From an uncultured Solirubrobacteraceae bacterium (GTDB lineage Bacteria > Actinomycetota > Thermoleophilia > Solirubrobacterales > Solirubrobacteraceae), in NCBI GenBank assembly GCA_963826995.1, contig CAWGYZ010000006.1, forward strand, positions 269,917-333,916: DNA of 64,000 nucleotides, in the 5' to 3' direction. This document shows positions 45,634-54,644 of the stretch, one piece after another. Positions within the stretch are counted from its first letter, which is position 1. Each line of letters begins with the position of its first letter. Below the pieces are notes generated by a model that saw nothing but the letters and a program-made list of their open reading frames with translations, did not search any database and had not been told where the DNA came from. The translations under genes and the position numbers were made by a program.

Positions 45634-45723
45634 GACCTTCTCCTATTTCACTAGATGACTAGCACAATAGCAAAAGTGGCGGGTGATGGCCATAGGTCGG
45701 CTGGCCGTCGCTACCCTCCACCG

Positions 45724-46569
45724 GTGCGGGTGGCGACCTGGAACGTGAACTCGGTCAAGCAGCGCATGCCGCGGCTGCTGCCGTGGCTGGACGAGCGGGC
45801 GCCGGACGTGGTCTGCCTGCAGGAGACGAAGCTCGCTGACGACGGCTTCGAAGAGCTGCTCGGCGACGAGCTGGCCGCCCGCGGTTATAGGGCCGCTCTG
45901 TTCGGCGAAGCGCAGTGGAACGGCGTCGCCATCCTCTCCCGCCGGGGCCTTGAGAACGTGGTGCGCGGGATACCCGGCGCGCCCGGCTTCCCGCACCCCG
46001 AGGCACGAGCCGTGTCCGCAACCTGCGGCGGCATTCGCGTGCACTCGGTGTATGTGCCGAACGGGCGCGAGCCCGATTCAGAGCACTACCGCTACAAGCT
46101 CGCCTGGCTTGCCGCGCTGCGCGAGATGGTCGCCGGGGATGGAGACGACGTGATGGTGTGTGGGGACATGAACATCGCGCCGGCCGACGCCGACGTCTAT
46201 GACCCCGCCGCCTACGTCGGCCACACCCATGTCACGGCACCTGAGCGGGCCGCCCTGGCCGAGCTCGAGGGTCTCGGCCTGCACGACGTCGTCCGCGACC
46301 ACTGGCCGAGCGAGCGGGTGTTCACCTACTGGGACTACCGCGCCGGAATGTTCCACCAGGATCTCGGCATGCGTATCGATCTCGTGCTGGCGAGCACGCC
46401 GGTGGCAGGCAGGGTGATGGCGGCCTGGGTGGACCGCCAGGCCCGCAAGGGCAAGGGGCCGAGCGACCACGCGCCCGTGATCGTGGATCTCGACGAGGCG
46501 CCGGACGGCAACATCGGGCCGGTCGTGCCGCCGCCATCGGCCCCGGCGCGAGCGGGCGCCGGCCGCTGA
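45724..46569 (+). CDS. xthA: exodeoxyribonuclease III
   Basis: GTG at 45724: VRVATWNVNSVKQRMPRLLPWL...VVCLQETKL...GDMNIAP...SDHAPVIVDL. The tracked ORF start (45655) adds 23 unlikely codons. Confidence 0.85.
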   Translation: MRVATWNVNSVKQRMPRLLPWLDERAPDVVCLQETKLADDGFEELLGDELAARGYRAALFGEAQWNGVAILSRRGLENVVRGIPGAPGFPHPEARAVSATCGGIRVHSVYVPNGREPDSEHYRYKLAWLAALREMVAGDGDDVMVCGDMNIAPADADVYDPAAYVGHTHVTAPERAALAELEGLGLHDVVRDHWPSERVFTYWDYRAGMFHQDLGMRIDLVLASTPVAGRVMAAWVDRQARKGKGPSDHAPVIVDLDEAPDGNIGPVVPPPSAPARAGAGR

Positions 46570-46653
46570 GCGCTGGCGACGGGGCTCGGGTCTTCGCAGC
46601 ACCCCCCGGCAATATCTGTGACGAACCGTGCGGCGTGGACGTAGTTAGATGTA

Positions 46654-47232
46654 ATGAGCGCAACCGTGCCGTCAGCTGATGAAGACGCGCCTGTCGCGAC
46701 CCCGGCATCCGCAGGCGCTCGCCTGGACGAGGCGGGCTTCGATGCGCTGTTTCGCGAATGCGCTGCCGATGTACATGGATACGCCATCTCGCTGCTGGGC
46801 GATCGCCCGGCGGCCGAGGATGTGACGGCGCTCGCGTTCGAGCGCCTCTACAGCTCCCGCTCGCGCCTGGATCGTGGCCGGGGAACCCCTCGAGCCTGGC
46901 TGTTCGCGATCGCTCGCAACGCGGCGCTCGATGAGCTGCGCCGTCGCCGGCGTCAGCCCCAGTCCGAGCTGGTCGCTGAGATGTTCGCCGGTGAGGACTC
47001 GGACGAGGCGCTCGAGAACGTGGCGCGACGTGCGACCGTGCGCGAGGCGCTTTCGGCCCTGCCGCTGCGTGACCGCGAGCTGGTGCTTCTGAAGTTCCAC
47101 GGCCAACTGTCCAACAGCGAGCTCGCGCGCGCGCTCGGGATAAGCGAGTCCAACGCCGGCACCCGCCTGCACCGGGCGCTCACCCGGTTGCGCGAGGATT
47201 GTCTCGAGTTCGACCGGCGGGAGGTCGCATGA
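46654..47232 (+). CDS. ECF-type RNA polymerase sigma factor
   Basis: 192 aa. Region 2 (…AEDVTALAFERLY…PRAWLFAIARNAALDELRRRRR) and region 4 (LPLRDRELVLLKFHGQLSNSELARALGISESNAGTRLHRALTRLRE). Confidence 0.85.
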   Translation: MSATVPSADEDAPVATPASAGARLDEAGFDALFRECAADVHGYAISLLGDRPAAEDVTALAFERLYSSRSRLDRGRGTPRAWLFAIARNAALDELRRRRRQPQSELVAEMFAGEDSDEALENVARRATVREALSALPLRDRELVLLKFHGQLSNSELARALGISESNAGTRLHRALTRLREDCLEFDRREVA

Positions 47233-48458
47233 GGATCATTCCGTTTCCCCCGCGTGGTGACGCGGGCCCTGACGAGGGCTGGCATGCCGAGCTCGAGGGC
47301 GCACTGAACGGCGACCGAACAGGCCCGGTGGCCGAATCGTGGTGTGAGCTGCGCGAGGACGTTCGTGCGCTGGCGCCGCCGATGACCGTCGAGTTCGAGC
47401 GCGAGCTGAGAGCGCGGATCATCGAGCGAGCTCCGCGCCACGGGACCGGCGAAGCTCCCGCGCCGGAGCTTGCTGCAGCGGGCACGGCGCCGACGCGGCA
47501 CTCGCTTTCCGGGGGCGATCACTCGGCTCGCTGGCGGCGGCGAGGTCATCGCATCCGTGCAGCCTCCCTGCTCGCGACCGCGGCCGCAGTGCTTGCGGCC
47601 GTGGCGATCGCCGGCCCCTGGCGGACCCCCACGCCTGCTCAACATGGCACCGCGCAGTCCGCCCCTGCGAGTCTGGGCAGCGCCGGCGCCATCCGCGCGA
47701 AGGGGGACGAGCTCGGCCCCGCCAATGGAGCCGCGACGGCAGGACCCGCGCTCGTCGTGCCCAGCGTCGCGCCCACGGCAGCCGCTCGTGTGCAGCAGCT
47801 GGCGGCCTCGATCAGCCTCGCTCCGACCCCGGGGGAAGTACAGGAAACCGCCGGCCGTGTGGCCCGGCTCGCCGTGAGCACCGGAGGGTTCGTGCAGAGC
47901 TCTCACGTACAGGTGCAGCGAGGTGGCTCAAGCGAAGCCAACATCATGCTGAGGCTGCCGAGCGCGAAGCTGAGCGCGGCCCTGTCCTCGCTCGGCGCGC
48001 TCGCGCCGGTGCGTGCCGAGAGCCAGTCGCTGCAGGACATCACCAACGCCTACGACACCGCACGCCAGCGACTCTCAGATGCGCAGGCCGAACGGCGGGC
48101 TCTGCTGCGCGCGCTGTCGGCGGCCACCACGCAGGGACAGATCGACAGCCTTCGCGAACAGCTCTCGCAATCTCGCGGCGCGATCGCGCAGGCTCAATCC
48201 GGGCTGCGGTCGATCTCACAGCGTGCGGGCACCGCTGAAGTCGAAGTCACCGTCGTCGGCGATGCGCAGACCGTGCACGAAGGGCTGACGCTCCACCGCG
48301 GTATTCACGACGCGGGCCGCGTGCTCCTCGTCACGCTCGTCGTGCTCCTGATCGCGGCAGCGATTCTCGTGCCGCTGGCGATCCTCGTCTCGCTGCTCAT
48401 CACCGGCCGGCGCGCGTGGCGTCGCCACCAGCGCGAGCGCGCGCTCGACGCGTCCTGA
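47229..48458 (+). CDS. anti-sigma-like protein with DUF4349-type extracytoplasmic domain and C-terminal TM
   Basis: The ATG at 47229 overlaps the sigma stop (ATGA). A central TM segment (LLATAAAVLAAVAIAG), then a domain …VQSSHVQVQRGGSSEANIMLRLPSAKLSAALSSLGALAPVRAESQSLQDITNAYDTARQRLSDAQAERRALL… and a terminal TM. This matches my memory of DUF4349. Confidence 0.6.
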   Translation: MRIIPFPPRGDAGPDEGWHAELEGALNGDRTGPVAESWCELREDVRALAPPMTVEFERELRARIIERAPRHGTGEAPAPELAAAGTAPTRHSLSGGDHSARWRRRGHRIRAASLLATAAAVLAAVAIAGPWRTPTPAQHGTAQSAPASLGSAGAIRAKGDELGPANGAATAGPALVVPSVAPTAAARVQQLAASISLAPTPGEVQETAGRVARLAVSTGGFVQSSHVQVQRGGSSEANIMLRLPSAKLSAALSSLGALAPVRAESQSLQDITNAYDTARQRLSDAQAERRALLRALSAATTQGQIDSLREQLSQSRGAIAQAQSGLRSISQRAGTAEVEVTVVGDAQTVHEGLTLHRGIHDAGRVLLVTLVVLLIAAAILVPLAILVSLLITGRRAWRRHQRERALDAS

Positions 48459-48472
48459 GGGCGTCCATCACC

Positions 48473-48922
48473 TCAAGCCGAGGACAGCTGCACTACGAGC
48501 AGCGCGGCGATCGCCGTGATGCACACCAGGTGCTGGCGGAAGATCGATCTGGCGAGCGCGCTCTGTTGATCGATGGTGTCGCCGCGCCCGCCGAGCCGCA
48601 CGGCGCTCGGCACGGTGCGGACGCCCGCGAGGATGATCGGGGCGGCGGCGAGCGCGAGGGACACCCACGGCACCCAGCCCGGCCCGTCGCCTTCAACGAT
48701 CTCGACGACGATGGCCGCGACGGTGCCCAGCATGACCACGGAGATCAACCGGTTCATCGGCCGCGCGGAGGTGGTCACGCGCCCGTAGTAGCCGGCTATC
48801 GAGGCCAGTACGCCCTCGGGGAGCTCGCCTCCGTCGTGGCCGCGGACCTGCACGTCGAACATCAGATCGAACCACAGCACGCAGAGCAGGAACCCGGCTC
48901 CGGCGGTCACGAAGGCGCTCAC
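48473..48922 (-). CDS. small integral membrane protein, hypothetical
   Basis: 149 aa with four hydrophobic segments. No family recognised. Confidence 0.5.
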   Translation of the reverse strand: MSAFVTAGAGFLLCVLWFDLMFDVQVRGHDGGELPEGVLASIAGYYGRVTTSARPMNRLISVVMLGTVAAIVVEIVEGDGPGWVPWVSLALAAAPIILAGVRTVPSAVRLGGRGDTIDQQSALARSIFRQHLVCITAIAALLVVQLSSA

Positions 48923-48923
48923 A

Positions 48924-51398
48924 TCAGCGAGTATCCCTGACCCGCTCGCCGCGGGGATCGAAAAGCGGCTCGCGTGTCACCTGGCCCGGCACCCACGCGC
49001 CGAACAGGTCCACGTCGACGGCGGCTCCCACCTCGACGGCGGCCGGCATGTAGGCGTAGGCGATCGACCGTTCCACCGTGTAGCCGTAGCCGCCGCTGGT
49101 CACCCGTCCCACGACTTCGCCGTCCACGCGCACCGGCTCGTTGCCCAGCGCCACGGCCCGGGGGTCCTCGAGCACCAGGCAGCGCAGGCGCCGGCTCGGC
49201 GGGGCGGGGCCCTCGGGCGCTCCCACACCGAGCGCCTCGGCGCCCGCGAACCCGGGCGTCTTCTTCACGCAGAAGCCCAGCCCAGCCTCGTATGGGGTCT
49301 CATCGGCGGTGATGTCGGCGGCCCACACCCGGTAGCCCTTCTCCAGGCGCAGCGAGTCGATCGCGCGATAGCCCCCCGCCATCAGCCCGTGCTCGCGGCC
49401 GGCATGCCACAACGTCCTCCACAGGCCTGCCCCGTACTCGGTCGGGCAGTACAGCTCCCAGCCGAGCTCTCCGACGAAGGTCACCCGCAGCGCCCGCACG
49501 GGCACGTCGCCGACGGGAAACTCGCCCATGCTCATGTAGGCGAAGTCCAGCGGATCGTCGGCCAGCGGCGAGAGAATGTCGCGGGCCCGGGGGCCCCACA
49601 GGGCAAAGCAGGCCCAGCGGGCGGTGACGTCCGAGCAGCGCACGCTGCCGTCCTCGGGTGCGTGGCGCCGGATCCAGCTCAGGTCGTGATTGCCGAAGGC
49701 GGTTCCGGTGACGATCGAGAACAGCTCCTCCTCGACGCGGGTGACGGTGAAGTCGCACTCGATCCCTCCGCGCCGGTTGAGCATCTGCGTGTAGGTGATC
49801 GCGCCCACCTCGCGCGCGACGCGGTTGTCGCACAGCCCTTCCAGGAAGCCGGCCGCGCCCGGCCCGGCGATCTCGAGCTTGGCAAAGGATGACTCGTCGA
49901 ACAGCCCCGCACGCTCGCGCGTGGCCCGGTGCTCGGCGCCGATGGCGGGGGACCAGTGCATGCCCGCCCAGCCGCGCGGCCTGAGCGACTCGTCTCCCTC
50001 GGGTGCGTTCGACTCATACCAGTTGACCCGCTCCCAGCCGGACTTCTCGCCGAATGAGGCGTTGTGGTCTGAGTGCCAGGGGTAGGCGCTCGAGGTCCTC
50101 AGCGGGCGACCGGCCTGGCGCTCGTGCCCGGGATAGCGGATGTCGTAGTAGGTCTCATATACCTCCCGGGCCCGCTTGAGCGTGTAGCTGGGCGAACGGA
50201 AGTGCGGACCGAAGCGGCGGATGTCCATCTCCCACACGTCCATCGCGGGCTCACCGCCGAGGATCCACTCGGCCATCACCCGCCCGATCCCGCCGGCCCC
50301 CGCGAGCCCGTGGGCGCAGAAGCCCGCCGCCACGAACAAGCCGCGCACCTCGCTCTCGCCCAGGCAGAACTCGTTGTCGGGCGTGAACGCCTCCGGGCCG
50401 TTGATCAGGCGCGTCACCTTGATGTCCTCCATCACGGGCACCCGTTTTGAGGAGTTGGCCGCGATCTCCTCGAAGCGGGGCCAGTCCTCCTCGAGCAGGC
50501 GGCCGTTGAAGTCCGCAGGGATCGCGTCCAGCTGGTGATCATCGAGCGCCCAGGGAGCCGATGAGCGCTCATAACCCCCCATCACGAGGCCTCCGCCCTC
50601 CTCGCGGAAGTAGATCAACAGGTCGGGGTCACGCAGGGTGGCCAGGTGGACCTGGTCCTCCCCGGAGCCGCGATCGCGAAACGGCTGCGTCACCAGGTAC
50701 TCGTGCGCGAACGGCACGATCGGCACGCGCACACCGGCAAGCCGCCCGATCTCGGCGGCGAACATGCCGCCCGCGTTGACCACCACCTCGGCCTCGATCG
50801 GGCCCCACTCGGTCTGCACGCCGAGCACCCGCGGGTGGGTGGAGCTCCGATCCACGTCGATGCCAGTGACCCGCGTGTGCGTGAACACGCGGCAGCCGCC
50901 CTCGCGGGCGCCGTCGATCAGCGCGGTCGTCAGCAGGGACGGGTCCAGGTAGCCGTCACTCGGCAGGTAGGAGGCGCAGCGAACGCCATCCGTGCTCATC
51001 AGCGGGAACAGCTCACGCGCCTGCTCGGCGGAGATCAGCTCCAGCGGAAGGCCGAACGTCCGCGCCCACGCGACCTGGCGCATGACCTCCTGCTCGCGCT
51101 CCGGCGTGCAGGCCAGGCGGATGCCGCCGCACTGCACCCAGCCGCAGTCGAGCGTCCTGTAGAGATCGACGGAGTCCATCATCATCCGCGTCAGCGACAC
51201 GCTCGAGCGCAGCTGGCCGACGAGCCCGGCCGAGTGGAAGGTGGAGCCGCTGGTCAGCTCGCTGCGGTCAAGCAGCACGACGTCTGACTCACCGAGCCTC
51301 GCCAGGTGGTGGGCGATCGAGGCGCCGCCGACGCCCCCGCCGATGATGACCACGCGCGCGCGCCCGGGCAGCTCACGCGGTCTGACTACTCTCCTCAC
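48924..51398 (-). CDS. FAD-dependent oxidoreductase fused to GcvT-type folate-binding domain (dimethylglycine/sarcosine-dehydrogenase-like)
   Basis: GTG at 51398 (VRRVVRPRELPGRARVVIIGGGVGGASIAHHLA is the dinucleotide-binding motif). The C-terminal half carries GcvT-like blocks (…GLFDESSFAKLEIAGPGA…TFVGELGWELY…). It overlaps the upstream gene by 26 nt. Confidence 0.8.
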   Translation of the reverse strand: MRRVVRPRELPGRARVVIIGGGVGGASIAHHLARLGESDVVLLDRSELTSGSTFHSAGLVGQLRSSVSLTRMMMDSVDLYRTLDCGWVQCGGIRLACTPEREQEVMRQVAWARTFGLPLELISAEQARELFPLMSTDGVRCASYLPSDGYLDPSLLTTALIDGAREGGCRVFTHTRVTGIDVDRSSTHPRVLGVQTEWGPIEAEVVVNAGGMFAAEIGRLAGVRVPIVPFAHEYLVTQPFRDRGSGEDQVHLATLRDPDLLIYFREEGGGLVMGGYERSSAPWALDDHQLDAIPADFNGRLLEEDWPRFEEIAANSSKRVPVMEDIKVTRLINGPEAFTPDNEFCLGESEVRGLFVAAGFCAHGLAGAGGIGRVMAEWILGGEPAMDVWEMDIRRFGPHFRSPSYTLKRAREVYETYYDIRYPGHERQAGRPLRTSSAYPWHSDHNASFGEKSGWERVNWYESNAPEGDESLRPRGWAGMHWSPAIGAEHRATRERAGLFDESSFAKLEIAGPGAAGFLEGLCDNRVAREVGAITYTQMLNRRGGIECDFTVTRVEEELFSIVTGTAFGNHDLSWIRRHAPEDGSVRCSDVTARWACFALWGPRARDILSPLADDPLDFAYMSMGEFPVGDVPVRALRVTFVGELGWELYCPTEYGAGLWRTLWHAGREHGLMAGGYRAIDSLRLEKGYRVWAADITADETPYEAGLGFCVKKTPGFAGAEALGVGAPEGPAPPSRRLRCLVLEDPRAVALGNEPVRVDGEVVGRVTSGGYGYTVERSIAYAYMPAAVEVGAAVDVDLFGAWVPGQVTREPLFDPRGERVRDTR

Positions 51399-52323
51399 CC
51401 CCCGCGAGCACGAGCCATTCCTCGAAGTCGGGCAGCACGACCGCGGCGCCGAGGCGCTCGAAGTGCTCATCGGCGTAGCCCCTGAAGTCGAAGTCGAGCT
51501 CTGACACCGCTCCCTGCACGACACCCCATGCCGCCTCGCGGGCGTCGGACAGGACGCGCATCAGCCTCAACGCGGCGCGGCGGCGATCGGACGGGGGCTC
51601 ACCGTGGTAGGCGCTCAGCAGGCGGTCGTTCACCGCTTCGTCAAAGCCGTTGTTGATCGACAGGTTGCCGAGGTCGAAGCGGGGATCGCCCATGCCCGCG
51701 TACTCCCAGTCGACGATCCTGATGGCGCCGTCGCTCGCCAACCTGATGATGTTGCCCGCGAGCAGGTCGTTGTGACAGGGCCGCGGAACCGCGACGGGCA
51801 GGGCGGCGGTGATCCTGGCGGCCGCGAACAGCGCGTCGGAGTAGGCGCCCGGCAGGGTCCCGCCCCGGGCGCGGACGATCGCCGCGTAGTCCTCCAGCAG
51901 GTCGGGCACGCGGAAGCTGGCGGGCAGCCGCGTGCCCGAGCCGTGGAAGCTTCGCAGCGCCCGCGCAATCCCCTCGACGCCGTCCAGGAGATCCTCGCGC
52001 TGCACGGGCTCACACACGATGAAGCTCGTGACCAGGCAGTCCTCGAGCGTCGCCGCCACGGCCGGGGCGATGCCGAGCTGTGCGGCGGCTTCGGTTGCCA
52101 GCCGCTCGGCCTCGCGATCGATGCCGAGCAGGTCTGTGTCCTTGCCGGGCAGCCGGATCACGTAGTCGGCGCCGCCCAGGGTCACGCGGAAGTTGCGGTT
52201 GGTGATGCCGCCGCTCAGCGGGTCGGGCTCGCCACTGAGCGGACCCAGCGTGCTCTCCAGGCGCCGCAGGATGTCGCTGAGGTCGTCCACTCCTCCGAAG
52301 CCACCTTGCACGATAAGGCTCAC
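51373..52323 (-). CDS. choline/ethanolamine-kinase-like phosphotransferase (APH fold)
   Basis: 316 aa. LSGGITNRNFRVTLGGADYVIRLPG, Brenner motif CHNDLLAGNII, and IVDWEYAGMGDPRFDL. Confidence 0.75.
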   Translation of the reverse strand: MSLIVQGGFGGVDDLSDILRRLESTLGPLSGEPDPLSGGITNRNFRVTLGGADYVIRLPGKDTDLLGIDREAERLATEAAAQLGIAPAVAATLEDCLVTSFIVCEPVQREDLLDGVEGIARALRSFHGSGTRLPASFRVPDLLEDYAAIVRARGGTLPGAYSDALFAAARITAALPVAVPRPCHNDLLAGNIIRLASDGAIRIVDWEYAGMGDPRFDLGNLSINNGFDEAVNDRLLSAYHGEPPSDRRRAALRLMRVLSDAREAAWGVVQGAVSELDFDFRGYADEHFERLGAAVVLPDFEEWLVLAGGEESSQTA

Positions 52324-52364
52324 AAGCTATACCTTCACAATATGTGCCGTAAGGATCAAGCGCG

Positions 52365-53693
52365 ATGACTCTTGCCGAGCTGCGCGCCGAAGTGGACGAG
52401 GGCAGGGTCGATACCGTCCTGCTGGCCCTCACCGACATGCAGGGCCGCCTGCAGGGCAAGCGCCTGACCGCGCGGCACTTCCTGGCCGAGGTGGCCGAGC
52501 ATGGCGCGGAGGGATGCAACTACCTGCTGGGGGTCGACGTCGACATGGCGCCGGTCGAGGGCTATGAGATGTTCTCCTGGGAGCGCGGCTACGGCGACTT
52601 CGTGCTGCGGCCGGATCTCGACACGCTGCGGCCGGTGCCCTGGCAGGAGGGAACCGTCGTCTGCCTGGCCGACGTCGCCTGGGAGGACGGCTCTGAGGTG
52701 CTGGCCTCGCCGCGCCAGGTGCTGCGCCGCCAGCTCGCGCGCCTGTCCGAGCGCGGCTGGAGCGCGAACGCCGGCACCGAGCTCGAGTTCATCGTGTTCC
52801 GCGACACCTACGAGCAGGCCTGGCACCAGGGCTACCGCACCCTCGAGCCCGCCAACCTCTACAACGTCGACTACTCCCTGCTCGGAACAGCGCGGGTCGA
52901 GCCTCTGATCCGCCGCATCCGCAACAGCATGGAGGCCGCCGGGATGCTGTGCGAGGACTCCAAGGGCGAGTGCAACTTCGGCCAGCACGAGATCAACTTC
53001 CACTACGCCGATGCGCTGCGCACCGCCGATGAGCACTCGATCTACAAGAACGGCGTCAAGGAGATCGCCGCGCTCGAGGGCATGTCGATCACGTTCATGG
53101 CCAAGTACGACCAGCGCGAGGGCAACTCCTGCCACATCCACTTCTCGCTGGCCGACGATGAGGGGCCGCTGTTTCACCGCGACCGCACCCTGTTCGAGTC
53201 CTTCCTGGCGGGTCAGCTCGCGGGGCTTCGCGAGCTGACGCTTCTGCTCGCGCCCAACATCAACTCATACAAGCGCTTTGCGGCCGCCAGCTTCGCCCCG
53301 ACGGCGGTGGCGTGGGGCCACGACAACCGCACATGCTCTCTGCGGGTCGTGGGCAAGGGCCCGTCGCTGCGTTTTGAGAACCGCGCCGGCGGCGCCGACC
53401 TGAACCCCTACATGGCGCTCAGCGCGATCATCGCCGCCGGGCTGCACGGGGTCGATCAGGGGCTCGAGCTCGAGCCGGTGTTCGAGGGCAATGCCTACAC
53501 CTCGACCGAGAAGCCGCGCATCCCGGGCTCGCTGCGCGACGCCCGCGACCTGTTCGCTCAGAGCGCCATCGCGCGTGCCGCGCTGGGCGATGACGTGGTC
53601 GACCACTACGTCAACGCCGCCGATGTCGAGTTGGAGGCATTCGGCGGAGCCGTCACCGACTGGGAGCGCTATCGGGGGTTCGAGCGACTGTGA
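52365..53693 (+). CDS. glutamine-synthetase-family protein (GlnA-like gamma-glutamyl-amine ligase candidate)
   Basis: 442 aa with GS catalytic-domain blocks (…GTELEFIVF…, NSCHIHFSL, NSYKRF, HDNRTCSLRV, ENRAGGADLNPY). Confidence 0.85.
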   Translation: MTLAELRAEVDEGRVDTVLLALTDMQGRLQGKRLTARHFLAEVAEHGAEGCNYLLGVDVDMAPVEGYEMFSWERGYGDFVLRPDLDTLRPVPWQEGTVVCLADVAWEDGSEVLASPRQVLRRQLARLSERGWSANAGTELEFIVFRDTYEQAWHQGYRTLEPANLYNVDYSLLGTARVEPLIRRIRNSMEAAGMLCEDSKGECNFGQHEINFHYADALRTADEHSIYKNGVKEIAALEGMSITFMAKYDQREGNSCHIHFSLADDEGPLFHRDRTLFESFLAGQLAGLRELTLLLAPNINSYKRFAAASFAPTAVAWGHDNRTCSLRVVGKGPSLRFENRAGGADLNPYMALSAIIAAGLHGVDQGLELEPVFEGNAYTSTEKPRIPGSLRDARDLFAQSAIARAALGDDVVDHYVNAADVELEAFGGAVTDWERYRGFERL

Positions 53694-53714
53694 GCACGTG
53701 GAAGCCGGAGAACG

Positions 53715-54473
53715 ATGGCGGGCTCTCCTGAGCACCGTATTGCCAGCCTCGGCACGATCGGCACCATCCCGCCTCCGGACGCCGTGTTCGCGCCCGTGCG
53801 CTCCTACACCGCCTTCGAGGAGACCGTCGAGCGGCTGGGCACCGCCATCAAGCTCGGGCTGCTGGCCCCCGCCTCGCGGCTTCCCGCCGAGCGCGAGCTG
53901 TGCGCGCGACTGGGAATCGCGCGCTCGACCCTTCGCCAGGCGCTGACCGCGCTCACCCAGAGCGGGCATGTGTTCGCGACGCGCGGGCGCGGCGGCGGGA
54001 CGTTCGTGTCGGACCCGCAGCCGCCCGCCGATCCGCCGTCGGCGCAGATGCTCGCGCAGTGGCGCGAGACCTGCGACCAGCGCCTGGCGGTGGAGCTCGG
54101 GGTGGCGGTGCTGGCCGCCGAACGCGCGCAGCGGGCCGATCTCGACGCGCTCGACGAGGTCGCCGAGGCACTGGAGGGCGCCTTAGAGGACTTCAGCGCC
54201 TACCGCCAGGCCGACGTCCGCCTGCACGTCGGGCTGGCCGAAGCAACGAGCTCGACGGGCCTCGTGCGGGCGATGACCGAAGTGCAGGGCGCGATGACCG
54301 ACCTGATCTCCTACATCGCGCACCCGCCGCAGGTGCTGGCGTCCTCGAATGCCCAGCACCGCCGGCTGCTGGCAGCGGTGCGCGAGCGCGACGCGATGCG
54401 GGCCGCGCGGGCCATGACCGATCACCTGCAGGGCACCGAGCACGTGCTGGCGGGGCTGCTTCCGGGCGGGTGA
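53715..54473 (+). CDS. FadR/GntR-family transcriptional regulator (FCD domain)
   Basis: 252 aa. LPAERELCARLGIARSTLRQALTALTQSGHV (wHTH) followed by a helical FCD-like C-domain. Confidence 0.85.
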   Translation: MAGSPEHRIASLGTIGTIPPPDAVFAPVRSYTAFEETVERLGTAIKLGLLAPASRLPAERELCARLGIARSTLRQALTALTQSGHVFATRGRGGGTFVSDPQPPADPPSAQMLAQWRETCDQRLAVELGVAVLAAERAQRADLDALDEVAEALEGALEDFSAYRQADVRLHVGLAEATSSTGLVRAMTEVQGAMTDLISYIAHPPQVLASSNAQHRRLLAAVRERDAMRAARAMTDHLQGTEHVLAGLLPGG

Positions 54474-54562
54474 TGGCGACGGCCTCCCGGCCGGATGGCG
54501 CCCGGCCGCGAGGAGTTGTCCATTTGGCCACGCAGGCGGCCATGTAATTGGCCGAGCTGTAC

Positions 54563-54592
54563 TTGACTTCTGTCCGGGTTCGCGCGTATTGT
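54563..54592 (+). promoter_or_regulatory. sigma-70-like promoter candidate upstream of the permease gene
   Basis: TTGACT (54563-54568), an 18-nt spacer, then TATTGT (54587-54592). An AGGAGG RBS follows about 40 nt later, ahead of the ATG at 54645. Sequence only, no experimental support. Confidence 0.35.
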
Positions 54593-54644
54593 CACGAGTG
54601 AAGGACGGACTACCAAACCTTTTGCCACGAGGAGGCGTAAGCCG

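Noticed and set aside
45634-45723. Direct ACTAG...ACTAG words in the GntR/xthA divergent spacer, considered as a YtrA operator
   Set aside because: It is a short direct repeat, not the inverted repeat expected for GntR-family dimers, and there is no supporting evidence.
46570-46653. Possible ECF-type autoregulated promoter (GAACC ... CGTAG) upstream of the sigma-factor gene
   Set aside because: The spacing between the -35-like AAC and the -10-like CGT is about 13 nt rather than the 16-17 nt expected, so it was not reported as a feature.
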